Positions 1 through 12,375 of a stretch of DNA of 64,000 bases are shown piece after piece. Under the pieces are notes generated by a model. It was not told the origin of the DNA, did not search any database, and saw only the letters and a list, made by a program, of their open reading frames with translations. Positions within the stretch are counted from its first letter, which is position 1, and every line of letters begins with the position of its first letter. This DNA is from the human T2T-CHM13v2.0 reference genome, Homo sapiens. The position numbers and the translations under genes were made by a program. The DNA lies in the NCBI RefSeq assembly GCF_009914755.1, contig NC_060942.1; one strand, 5' to 3'.

Positions 1-254
1 GCCAGGCAGAGACGCTCCTCACTTCCCAGACGGGGTGGCGGCCGGGCAGAGGCTGCAATCTCGGCACTTTGGGGGGCCAAGGCAGGCAGCTGGGAGGTGG
101 AGGTTGTAGCGAGCCGAGATCACGCCACTGCACTCCAGCCTGGGCACCATTGAGCACTGAGTGAATGCAACTCCGTCTGCCATCCCGGCACCTCGGGAGG
201 CCGAGGCTGGCGGATCACTCGCGGTTAGGAGCTGGAGACCAGCCCGGCCAACAC
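1..254 (-). mobile_element. SVA retrotransposon, 5'-truncated (VNTR edge plus Alu-like domain), continues upstream of the window
   Basis: GCAGAGACGCTCCTCACTTCCCAGACGGGGTGGCGGCCGGGCAGAGG is SVA VNTR sequence. It is followed by the SVA-type Alu-like segment (GGGCACCATTGAGCACTGAGTGAA...GGATCACTCGCGGTTAGGAGCTGGAGACCAGCCCGGCCAACAC), which stops abruptly with no (CCCTCT)n hexamer. Confidence 0.88.
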
Positions 255-498
255 CTACAGTTACTTTTAAATTAATGTCATTTTTGAAGAATGGATTATT
301 TAATGAACATTTTATATATAAATATATGTCTTTTTGGAAAGGGGAATTGAGTCAAGAGCAGATTTATATTCTCTTAACTGTGCTTTATTTAGGCTGAAAC
401 TAACAATTCTCCAAATATAACTGATAATCTATAAATATTTAATGACAAGTGGCAGTCTATTTAGGGAAAACTAAATTAGTATTGAGACAGTCTTGTGA

Positions 499-900
<402 letters not shown>

Positions 901-1252
901 TTGCCCTGCCTTTTTAAATTAATTATTGTCATCTATTTTATTCTTCTGCCTTGTGTGGGAGAATAAAATCATCCTGTTTTGTTGTTTCTTTCTTCCATGA
1001 AACAGTCACTGAGTATCATTTATGTGCTGGGATCACTCCAGGTCTTGGCGAGTTAAATGAAAATGACATTGGCCCAGCTCAAGGGCCAAGGTGTGGGGTT
1101 TGGGCAGATGTGCACATTATTATAAAGTGATGTGGTGGCGAGACCACTTGTATTAATTTAGAATTTTACGTGTGTATATATATATGTGTGTGTATATATA
1201 TATGTTTTAAAACTTTGTTTGGAATGCCTCAGAAAATGTTTTTTATTAACAG

Positions 1253-1410
1253 GAAAGAACTGACTTCCTCTGGTGGGCCAACAAAGTTTGAAATCCATAT
1301 AGTGGCTCAGTTCGATAATCATAATTCTCAGGTCTGGCGAGTGAGTTGGAATATAACAGGAACGGTGCTAGCATCTTCAGGAGATGATGGGTGTGTAAGA
1401 TTGTGGAAAG
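1253..1410 (+). CDS. SEH1L: SEH1L internal coding exon (WD40: [52 protein letters not shown])
   Basis: ttattaacag| acceptor and AAG|gtaaga donor; WD40 motif matches the recalled SEH1 sequence. Confidence 0.96.
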
Positions 1411-2774
1411 GTAAGAGTTCAGTGAAGGGGTAATTGTTGGTTTATATTTCTGCTCTGCAATTTTTACTTAAAATGTAAACTCTGAAATATTTTTTGAAAA
1501 TGGTCTTTTACAGTTACTTTTAATGTCATATTAATTTATGTTATTTTGAACATCAGTTTACCTAGTTCATAGAAGTTAATGACTGAATTGTTTTTTAAGT
1601 TATGTGGAACAGAGCAGTTTTCAAAACTAAAGTAATTACAACAGAATATGCAATATCTCCAATAAAAAGATACCAGTTGTCATATATGTACCTTACATGA
1701 CTGCTCTACAAACTCAGGCTAGGACTGTAGTGGCTCCTTTTTTATCAAATAAATTGCTTTAGACAATCCATCCTTAATAGGAGAAAATCCAGTATCTTCC
1801 CTGCTTCTTCTCTGCAGCTCCCATAAGTTAAGAGCCTTGGGGGCCCTGATTGTAAGTTTCTTCTAAGTGCCAGGCTGAGTGAGAAGGTCTGGTCAGTTGA
1901 CACTGACTGTGGTCTCTGTAGCTTGGTTCTGCACTTCTCCTTGGATGATTATCCATTAGGCAGAGATGTCTGTGATTTGTGCACCACCATAGAATGGTGT
2001 CCCATACTTAGCATTCAGAATTATAGCTATCTTTGTTTATTTGCCATTTAGCAGTTATTGTTTCCCAAAGTGCAGTTTGGGTAAGCTTGAGGGCCTCCCA
2101 TGTTCAATTTTGGGCTTTGGTAAAACCAGCCCAGACCTTCCTTTCCTCAGTGTAATTTGATTTTAGGGGCTTTGCTGTCCTTTTCTGCCTTTAGGCTTTA
2201 TTCAGGACCACCTTGCCATGCTCCCCAGCAGGGTGCCTAACTTGATTTTCTTGGGCTCATTGTCTTCAGAGACCAATTTTTCATTCAAACTAATAAGGCC
2301 ATTTTGGATAAGCCACTGAAGCTCCAAAGGTTTTGTTACCTACATCCATTTCAGAAGACATGATAGGTACCCTTATAACTTATACTTGCATAATTAAGAA
2401 GACAACTTCATTACCTTACATACATATGTAAGTGAAATTCATTATAATGAAGACTTTAATATTATAATGAAGATTTTAATATTAACTTCATAATGTGGTA
2501 GCTCAGAGAATTGTCTTTGCTAGTATCTGTAAGATGGGTGGTGAAAGCTTTATATTTTTAAAATTAGTGATACTTTGAAAACTTCTAAAAAGTTGTTAAA
2601 ACTGAGATAATATGTCTTTCATTTAAAAAGTGTCTTTAATGTTTATCCTGAAAGAAATGTAGCTCATAGCCTCTGTCTCGTTTCTTTAATTGTAGTTTAA
2701 GGACATGGGTACAGATTTGTGCCCTTAGGCATTGGTATTAATCATGTTAATGTATTTGATTATTTTCCTTTCAG

Positions 2775-2925
2775 CTAATTATATGGACAATTGGAAGTGT
2801 ACTGGTATTTTGAAAGGTAATGGGAGCCCAGTCAATGGGAGTTCTCAGCAGGGAACCTCAAATCCTTCCCTAGGTTCAACTATTCCAAGTCTTCAGAATT
2901 CATTAAATGGATCTTCTGCTGGCAG
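2775..2925 (+). CDS. SEH1L: SEH1L penultimate coding exon ([15 protein letters not shown]...LNGSSAG)
   Basis: ttttcctttcag| acceptor and CAG|gtaggc donor; in frame with the previous exon; ends in phase 2. Confidence 0.96.
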
Positions 2926-3974
2926 GTAGGCTGCTTCATGGGAAAACTGGAAATCATCTTTGTTTTAAATCATTCTGGTAGCCATACTTAAGGTGGATTA
3001 TTTCATGGATTATAAGATGGAGTGGAAATGTTCACATGTGCTTGTATTAGCATTTAAGAATTCATTTTGTTAGCTATGTATTTGGCTTACTTGGTCATAA
3101 TATTTGCAGGTAGGTTATGAAGTCATTACATTATATTCTGAAGCTTTAGTGGTCTATTGGTAGAAATGTTTACAGGTTTAAGATTCAACTTTGCTTCCGC
3201 AACAGTGAGAGGAAGGTTATCTGGTTTAATGGTGAGAGTTTTAGTCCAAATGAACATTAGTGTTTTTTAGTGCTTGTAGTGTGGTCTTTGCATTAGGTCA
3301 AACTGAAATTTTAAATAAAATACATTTCTTAAGGCTTTCTAGAAGAGGGTACATTAAGTTATTTGGCTTTTGTGTTTAAAACTTTAATAGAAATAAGAGG
3401 AAATAATAAAACACGAGATTGATTTTTAGAATATTTAGCATATGTTACATTCTTGTATATCATAATAAGGAATATTTGATGTCATCTAGAGTCTGTTTCC
3501 ATGTTCAAATTTTAAATATGTGAATTTGTAAGATAAAATTATTTTAATATGCCTTTGTGAATAATTTGGAATAGAATTCAGGAAACGTCAAAACACAGCC
3601 TAATGAATTGTCCTGTGGTTATATCCTCTTGTTATCCTATATAAAAGAAGAAAATTGTATTTAAAATTTCAACTATTTTTATATTGTTATGTTTTCATAA
3701 AGAAGTTCTGCTTTTGATTTTGAGGTTTTAAGTACATGCATCAAAACAATTTCAGGTTACCGTGGAAGATACCAGATTATAAAGATTATTTCATGAAACA
3801 AATAATATTAGAGTTGATTTTTTAAAGTCTGGTTTTTGGTCACTGCCTGTACTGCATATTTTCTTTTGTAAATAGCTTCTATTTTTTGATCTGTATTCTT
3901 ATTGTGCCAATAACCATCTGTGTTAGATCTGTGATGCATTTTCCCTTTTCCATTTGTATTATGTCCTTTAACAG

Positions 3975-3987
3975 AAAGCACAGCTGA
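3975..3987 (+). CDS. SEH1L: SEH1L terminal exon, short isoform (R-K-H-S-stop), followed by a long 3'UTR
   Basis: tcctttaacag|A AAG CAC AGC TGA gives the recalled C-terminus GRKHS. Confidence 0.88.
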
Positions 3988-5596
3988 GTACAAGCTAACT
4001 GGAGTAACTTTGCTGTTTTGCTGCTTGTTGCATGCACACAGGAATGGAAAGCGAGCTCCTTTTCCCCTTCCCCAGCGCCGTTTGACCTCTCCCAAGATAC
4101 ACCAGCAGCCTGCTTACTACTAAACGCAATCCAAAAGGCCTTTAAAAATACAGTGTATATTTTTTGTACTAGTCAGTTTATTGACACTATTTGAAACTTT
4201 TGAAATATAAACGGAGAGGCTTTCTGTTGAGACATTGTCACCAAAACAATTTTTTGAAATGTTCCTGAAACTAATTTGGGTTTAAAGATTAAAAGGGTTG
4301 TTACCATTCTTATCTGAGTAGTTGGGAGGAGGGGAATACCACTTTAGTTCATTTGGAAAATATAGACATATTTCTTTTGCTTTCTTAAAACAGCTTAAAA
4401 TGATGAACTTTTATAATTTTAATTTGAAGATTGAATAAATATTTTTTATAAAGATTGTTTTGAGTGCTGATTTGTTTACTTTTTGTAGATTTGCTTTATC
4501 CATGATATTCAGTACAACTCTGTCATTTCTTTGTAATATTTAAAAAATATTAGTAAAGGAGTGAATTAATAAAGTAGTAATAGTAAAATGAAAGGAACTT
4601 GACTGTACAGTTTGTAGCCAGGTTAAGCATTTGGTATTGTTTCATTTACAATTTGGGACTAAGATGGAAACACTTTTTTTATAAGTTTTTAATTCATAGT
4701 CACTAAAGAGATAAATGTTTCTTATATACATTTGTGTATTTTTATGGTGTTATTTATTCCATGGCTTAGCTTCCTTCAAATCAAAATTTGGACACACACT
4801 ATTAAGAGAAGCCATTAAAATTTTACTAAAATTGTGCATGTAAATTAATTGTCAGCATTCCATGTCTCAAGATTTTCTTAATTTAGTTCGCTGTTTAAAT
4901 TAATTCATGTCCTGTAAAGTTCTGACCTTGATAACAAAGCTATAAATATTTAAGTTTGCTAATATGCGTAAGTATTATCGGTAAGTTACAAGATGGAAGA
5001 AGAATAACAGTAGGGCACAGTCATTCTGTGAATCCTTTTACTTATCAAAATTTGGTAGCTATTCTAAGGCTTTTGCAGAAAAATAAGTGTTCAATGTTTG
5101 TAGTTCTTCAAAAGCATGTTGCAGTAGCCAGCCATACTATGTGTATTCCCAGTATCATGTACGCACTAAAAAAAATGTGTGCTTGCTGCTGCTGTGAGTG
5201 AACCATTGCTTAAGATAAAAAACTTAACTAGATCTGTAAATGTACAGAATAGCATCAGATGTTTCTGAGAGATTAGAAAATGTTTTGAATTTATAAAATT
5301 AATGTTTTTCTTTGTAACATTTATATATATTTTTTAACATTTTAAGTTTAACAGATTGTATTCCTTTCAAGTTTCTATACTTGCTTAAGCAATCTTGATT
5401 TGAGTAAGGGTCTTGATTTGTGCTATTATGTTCTGTTAGTTTTGGCATGAATATACTAAAGCTTTTTTTTTTTTTTCTAGCATGTGTTTTCTCCTCTTTG
5501 GTTCTCTTTGTATTTACTACTTTTCTCTTTTTCTTGTGTTTTTTTTTTCCTGTTTTTGTTTTGTTTGGTGTTTTGTTCCTGTCTTCATTGTTTCAG

Positions 5597-5792
5597 GTAT
5601 TTCTTTACCCCTCTGGATTCCCCACGGGCTGGATCGAGATGGTCCAGTTATGCCCAGCTCCTTCCTCCTCCTCCTCCTCCTCTGGTAGAGCACTCTTGCG
5701 ATGCTGACACTGCCAACCTCCAGTATCCTCACCCTCGCAGACGATATCTCTCTCGGCCTCTTAATCCCTTACCTGAGAATGAAGGGATTTAA
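5597..5792 (+). CDS. SEH1L: SEH1L alternative terminal exon, long isoform (RYFFTPLDSPRAGSRW...PPPPPP...LPENEGI)
   Basis: Long pyrimidine tract ending tttcag|G TAT TTC; phase matches the exon ending at 2925; stop TAA at 5790-5792. Confidence 0.9.
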
Positions 5793-6234
5793 AACACTGA
5801 TTTAACATTGAAAGGCCTTATTCAAGTGCTTGTAAATGCTTTCATTTCTGGCTGCTTTTTGTTTTTCATTTTCTTTCAGAAGATTTTTCTAACTTAGGGT
5901 CTGTCTTGCATGTATTACAACCAGAATACAGTGTTTGGAACCTAAATCTGTTTGTGCGTCTGCATCAAAGGAACATTTGCTTCACTGGGTGATAACCTTT
6001 GATGAAATGAGATATGTCCAAGTAACGTTAACTGTGAAGTTACACACAGTAGCTGACTTCAAAGTGCCTGTTCTGTAAATTTTATTTTAAACTGTTACCA
6101 TAGTCTTAAGTTGTTTATGCTTTATCAGACTGGCTAATGTGAAAGCATAATATTATGAAGTTTATTCTGCCTTATGAGACCTTAAAAAATGGATTTCATT
6201 TTACAGGCTAATGTTGTAACTGACTAGTATGTAA

Positions 6235-6240
6235 AATAAA
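6235..6240 (+). terminator. SEH1L: SEH1L distal polyadenylation signal
   Basis: AATAAA with upstream UGUA and a downstream GU/U-rich tract (6272-6310). Confidence 0.7.
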
Positions 6241-6905
6241 TCATTCCTGTGTATAAAGCAGCAAAACCTAATGTGGACTTTTTGGTCTTTTTTTTTTTTT
6301 TTTTTTTTTAAAGGAAATTGCCTTTCACTACTTGGAATTACTGTTTAAAGCTTTTGTAATTATTATCCAAGTAGGTTATGTAATAAAATATATTTAAAAA
6401 TATACGAATCTCTTGCCTTATAAAAACAGAATGTATTTTATTTAAGATAATTGCCAAGGCTTACTCTTCTTTCACTATCTCACAAAAAACCCAAACAAAA
6501 ATTAGGAGATGTGAGCAAATATTACATTTATTTAAAAGGTAGAAAGTCAGTATGTAGACTACTAACATTTAGAATGGACAGATGTTGACTTTCAGTCTAA
6601 TTAGTCAACATTAGAATATTTTCTAGAATATTTTAAAATGAGAATGTACTTGATTATAATTGTGGTAAAATGATTAAAACTAGTAATATGCTTGTTGGTT
6701 CAGTTTTGTCAGGAATTGTCAAGGGTTTAACCTCTTATCAGGGCTAGAGAGAGAGGTGTTTTGAACAGTATTTCATGTAACAGATTACATGAAATATCAG
6801 GTAATCACATAGGTGACATAGTTATTATAAGTATTCTAATTTTCAAAGACGCCTTTCCTTGAATAGTGTCATAGCTCTAGTACTTCTTAATATGCAAAGG
6901 ATTAA

Positions 6906-7236
<331 letters not shown>

Positions 7237-8099
7237 TATTCATTTTAGTTTAAGGAACATTTGAGTTTTATTGTCTAATAATCAAAGTGTTTTGTCTCTA
7301 AAGTTAGCATTTCAATGTAAATATCTTTTTCAAATAATTCTCAAAGGTCTTCCTCTGGTTAAATGACTTGCTAGGCTTGTAGCCTTATGGAGGATCAAAC
7401 AAGAAGTCTTAATGCTGAATCTAACCCAGAATTAAGAAGCCATGTCTTTGAGCTTTCAGACATAGAGGTACCTTGGGTAAGAATGGAATAATGAAATTGA
7501 GACCATTCTCCAGTTTAATTTAGTGAATCCTGAGCATCTACCATGTGCAAGATACTGTGCCAAACACTGGGGTATGTAGAAAAATAGGTAGTCTGCACAC
7601 AAACTTACACTCGTGGGAGAAGGCATTTTTAGAATTTACAAAAGGTAATGGGTTCAGCTTTGTAATAATGGTAGAAATTGTATAGTAGGCATAAAAGAGA
7701 CAAGTTATTTGAGCTGGCAGAATTTGGAAGGGATGTCTGATTTCAATAGGTAAAAGAGGGCCGGGGTGTGTTTACGGAATAGGATATAAGTAACAGTCTG
7801 ATGAAAGAGTAGGGTTCATTTAGGGAACTACTGGGACATTAACCTGAAATCATACCTTGTGGTTACATTGTAGAAGGTTTTGAGTATTGGCTGAGGCATA
7901 CCACTTTAAGCAGTTGGTAAAAGGGGAGCTGAGAGATGTCTGAACTTAAAACTGGATAGGCCTCACTTCTAATTCCCTGGGAGGCACCCTGGTCATGGGG
8001 CCTCTGCAGGCTCTACTCAGTGTCTAAAGAGATTTGGAAATCACAGTGGGAGTTCTGTTCCTCCTTTCCAGTTGGCAAGTGAGGTGAGATACTGAGGTA

Positions 8100-8340
8100 T
8101 AAGATAATAGCTAATGTTTGTTGAGTATTTCCATGGGCCATTATTTTTCTAGATACCTTACAGAAGTAGCTTTAAATCCTCACAGTAAGCCTCTGAGGCA
8201 AGCGCTTTAATTATCCCCACTTTACAGACAAGGAAACCGGCTGGTTAAAGCTACTTGCCCAAGGCTACACAGTTTGGAAGAGGGAGGTAGAGCCAGGATT
8301 CAGATCCAGGCAGCCTGGCGTCAGAGTCCAGGCTCTCCTG
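8100..8340. mobile_element. MIR fragment
   Basis: ATCCCCACTTTACAGACAAGGAAAC...CTTGCCCAAGGCTACACAG...GGATTCAGATCCAGGCAG core. Confidence 0.7.
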
Positions 8341-8909
8341 CTGCCGAGACTCTGAATCAGAGATCTCTGTTAATAGAGTCCTATCAGGTTACTGAGTGTT
8401 GTGGGGAGTGCTGTGGTGACTTGAGGATATTTATGGAGGAAGGACATTTATTAACAAGGATCTGGTGTGAGTGACAGTCCGGAACCTGTAGACACATTTA
8501 AGCAGTTCACCTCCAATGTGTGACCGCTTTGTAGAAAAAGAGGTTAAGAGAGGTCAGCTCTAGGGCTGAGCATTTGGCTTACTTTTTTGGGATTCAGAAA
8601 ATCTTGAGATTTTCTGCATTTATCTTTGCTCACTGAGTGTGGACAAAGGTAGAATAAAGGTAATTACTCTTTGCAAATACCAAGGCTGCAGGGTTCCAAG
8701 AAGAGGTGTCGAACTGTGGAGATATCACTGAGTTTGACAATTAGGAGTCTATTCCTGATAAAGTTTTAAGGACCCAGCTAGACACCATGAAATGCGTCAA
8801 AATAAGGTGTAAAAAGTGGAAGCCTGGCTTCCTCTATGGAAAAAAAAGTGGAGACCATTAAGGGAAGGAAACAAGAATGGTCATTAGGTGATGAAACAGA
8901 ATCAAGGAA

Positions 8910-9113
8910 GGGGTGTGTGTGGGTGTGTGGTTTGAGTGGTGTTTGTGTGTGGAGGGTGTGTGTGGTGTGTGGGTGATGTGTATGTGGGTGTGTGTTGTGT
9001 ATGGATGTGTGTATACGTGTCACACACGTGTGTGTGGTGCATATGTGGGTGTGTGTGGTTTGTGGTGTGAGTGGTGTGTGTGGTGTATGGGTGTGTGGTG
9101 TGTGTGTTTGGGT
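8910..9113. repeat. (TG/TGG)n low-complexity tract
   Basis: About 200 bp of GT-alternating sequence. Confidence 0.95.
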
Positions 9114-9699
9114 AGAGAGGTGCTGCATTTTTGTAGGCAGAGAGAAGGAAACCAGTGGAGAGGATATCCAAGAATGACAGGTGAGCCATGTTTGCAGGAG
9201 GTAGAAAGTGGTCAAGTAAACAGACGTCTTTCCCCACCAAGTAACCTCAGGTCTAGGGACTTCTAAACTTTGCGTTTTCCCTCTTCTTTCCTCCAAGGTG
9301 CGCCGGACATCTTTCAGTAACTTGAACGAAGTTAAGGAGTTAGCTTTGGAAAAGAGGGACTCTTTTCCCTCTGTGACTATATGGAATAAATTTTGAGATA
9401 AGGGACCTTACTGAAAAAGACTGAGATACATTTTGAGTGAAAGGCATGGTCTCAGTGAAGTAGTTAAGGGCCTGTGCCGAGCAGATGGCGGTGATGGGTT
9501 TTGTGGCCTAAGAAGGATGGAGAAAAGTAGGAAGCAATCGAGACAAAGCCTACTCTGTCACAAAGAGGCGACTAGATGTGGCGAAATGTCATGAAACTTG
9601 GATCCCGAGGAATTAGCTGATTGAAGGTGAAACCTGACGCCTTTCAGCGCCTACCAACAGGAAAGGTCTGCATCTGCCCACGGAAGGACGAAACCTATC

Positions 9700-10460
9700 G
9701 GGGGGGATTTGTTGGCGGGGGATACTTCTTTGCGCATAGAGTGACTGGCGGTGCCCTGGAGACCCAAACTGAATAAAGTAAGCATTATTTTCAAATTCGC
9801 CAAGACCTTGAAGGCGGCGCCAACGGGAGCCGTCCCCCGGGTCCCACGCAGCGCAGAGCTCCATTTCCTCCTCCGGACTCGCAGGGCGCGCGGCTTCCTC
9901 GCTTCAAATCCAGGAACGCGCTGTCCCCACCAATCACCGGGCTTCTTCCCGCCCCATGTCTTCCCGCTGTCCAATCAAAAGCCAGCTCAGTCTCCTCCCC
10001 TTGCCTGGTGCCGCGAACAGACGTAAACCAGAGGCGGGCGCGGTACGGCCGTTCCGGGCTCCAGCCGGTGCGGGGGCCACGCGCACGCGCACTTGCAGTG
10101 CCCTGGGACACCTCTTCAGTCCGTGGACTTTCCCGCTGCACACTGCCCTCCGAAGTCGGGGACGCGGGCTCGGTGAGGGGGGACGCTGGTGCCTCGGCCT
10201 GCGCCTAGGCGGGAGGCAGACGCATGCACCTTTGGCCTACGTTTCGGCTGCCGGACCGACGGGACAGTGACGGTTGGGCCGGGTGGGGGCGCAGGCTGTG
10301 GGGCGGCCTCAGGGCGCGAGCAAGGGGACTGCCGCGCTTCCCGCGCCTCTGCGCCTGGCGCAGCCTCTGAGCTGAGCTCCGCCTGGTTGGGATTAATTGC
10401 ACGCCTCTGTGTCATCGGGCTTTGGCCGGGCGTGATGAGACAGACTGTTAGGGGATCACG
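9700..10460 (+). promoter_or_regulatory. CEP192: CEP192 CpG-island promoter (TATA-less)
   Basis: High CpG density; CCAAT boxes at 9930 and 9971; GC boxes; NRF1-like GCGCACGCGC 10081-10090; E2F-like TTTCCCGC 10129-10136. Confidence 0.88.
10095..10172 (+). other. CEP192: CEP192 non-coding exon 1 (start approximate)
   Basis: Lies within the CpG island, ends in donor TCG|gtgagg, contains no ATG. Confidence 0.75.
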
Positions 10461-12079
10461 TCCTTCTTTCCTCCCCTCTTGTCTGGGGACTTCCACCTCT
10501 TGAGGGACAGGCCCTCTCCGTGCTACCCTCTGGAGTTTCTTGCAGTGTGCTTGTGAAGTGACCGGTGATGTTTCCTTTATGTGCCCTGTGATGGGCGGTT
10601 CTGTTCCTCCTTTTTGTTTAAAATTCTGACCCAGGAAGTAACCTTGTTAACTTAACTTAATGCCCTTGTCTTCCGTTTACTCACTTGATTTGGTTTCTGC
10701 TAGGTTGCGTTCATTTATTCCTAATAGTTTACCTACATTCCTTGCCTATGATTTCATTATCAACAGAACGTGAAATGAGACGAATGTTAATACACTCTAC
10801 TTTTACTTTGCTGTTACTTTCAGAGTTTGTTTAGTAAAACATGAGGACCTCTTCAAGTCAGTCGTTTGGAGAACAGCTGTTTATATGACCATATTTCCAT
10901 TTGCTCTTACTATTTTGAGGTCATTCGACTGGCGTTTTTACTGCTCCAAAATCAACTTTTTCTCCAAATTTCAGTTTTCTAGGCAAAAACGGCAAGCCTT
11001 GAACAATAATATACCAAATGCCTACCTAGTTTTAAAGTATATCTTAAAGTGCCAAGAGTAAATGATGAGTTTTGGGGAAGTTTGACTCGGCTTTGGGTTC
11101 CACGGCGTGTGCTTTTAAATGTGTTTAATTGTATACATAGACCTACGATTAATGACTATAGTCAGTAATCTTTTATGTACCTAGGAATGTAATTAGTGAG
11201 TCCAGATGTGAAATTTGAGGTCACTACTTTAAGGAAATAGCAAGAGAAATTGCAAATATAGCCACTCAGTTCAAATAGGATAGAAGAAAAATATTGTCTT
11301 CACTTGAGATGATGGAGGAGGGGTGGGTAATGCAATAATGTGAGAAATTAAAGGAAATTTCCTTTAGGAATGTGTTATGTCCATGAATGGTTTACAAGTG
11401 TAATCTTTTCTGGAGAAGAGACTAGGTATTAGGTTACATCTTGAGGAATCTTCCCGTGGGTTTTGTTACCTTTGCACCCTTAGCAAAGCTCTGTTGAAGC
11501 ACTTAACACTATCGTAGTTGACAGGGATTGTCAGCTCCCTGAGGGGAGCTGCCTTATTTATCTTTGCATTCTTGGTGCCAAGTAGAGGGTTCTTCATGGT
11601 TTGTGTTTGATAATGAATGTTGCATGAATGACCTTTGCATAATTTCTGAGTTTTCTTTGGATTAGGCCCTTCTAAATAGGGACAACTGTTGAAGAGTTTT
11701 CTATAAATTTTAATAGTTTACATGTCTGTATATGAATGAATAACTTAGTAATTACAAGGCTAGACTTGGGGAGGCTAGTTGGGAGACTCGTGTGATAGTT
11801 CAGAATAAAAAGTGATGGGCAACGGGCATTAGGAATATAGAAGTGGGTCTCAGCTCCAGAAGTGTATTTGACGTTAGAAGCATTAGAATTTGGTGAGAGA
11901 GCAGGAGGGATCAGGATGGTCCTAGGTGTCAGGCTTGTATTGCCAGTTAATAGGGATGGATTTGGGTGAAGACTAAAGATAACGGCGGGAATGAATGGAG
12001 GAAAGGTAACAAGTTTGGTTTTGTATTTTGTATTGCATTCGGGGGTAAGGTAGATGTCAGAGAGCCATTTGGAAGTATG

Positions 12080-12218
12080 GTCGTTCCCTCAGGTTATCCA
12101 TGGGATTGGTTCCAGGACCTGCCCTTGCCCCAGGATGCCAGAATCCTCTGGATGCTCAAGTTCCTTACATAGATTGGTGTAGTATTTACATATAACTGAT
12201 GCATATGCTCCTGTATAT
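12080..12218. mobile_element. MER2-like (TcMar-Tigger) fragment
   Basis: GGATTGGTTCCAGGACC...GGATGCTCAAGTTCCTTACATA...GTAGTATTTACATATAAC resembles the recalled MER2 consensus. Confidence 0.65.
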
Positions 12219-12375
12219 TTATTTAAGACAGGGTCTCACTTTGTTGCCTAGGCTGGATTGCAGTGGCTATTCACATGCATGGTCATAGCTCACTGCAGCC
12301 TCAAACTTTTGGGCTCATGCTGTCCTTCCACCGTGGCCTCCTGAGTAGCTGGGACTCCAAGGCATGCACCACCAG
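12219..12375 (-). mobile_element. Alu monomer fragment
   Basis: Antisense Alu right-arm-like sequence. Confidence 0.75.

Noticed and set aside
8778-9296. 172-aa His/Thr-rich ORF and overlapping Cys/Val-rich ORFs
   Set aside because: Artefacts of the (TG/CA)n low-complexity tract
10123-10172. In-frame near-cognate GTG/ACG in CEP192 exon 1 allowing an N-terminal extension
   Set aside because: Weak context, and a short GC-rich leader is open by chance; no supporting evidence
9613-10503. Many overlapping ORFs on both strands
   Set aside because: Expected stop-codon depletion in a CpG island; no recognisable protein
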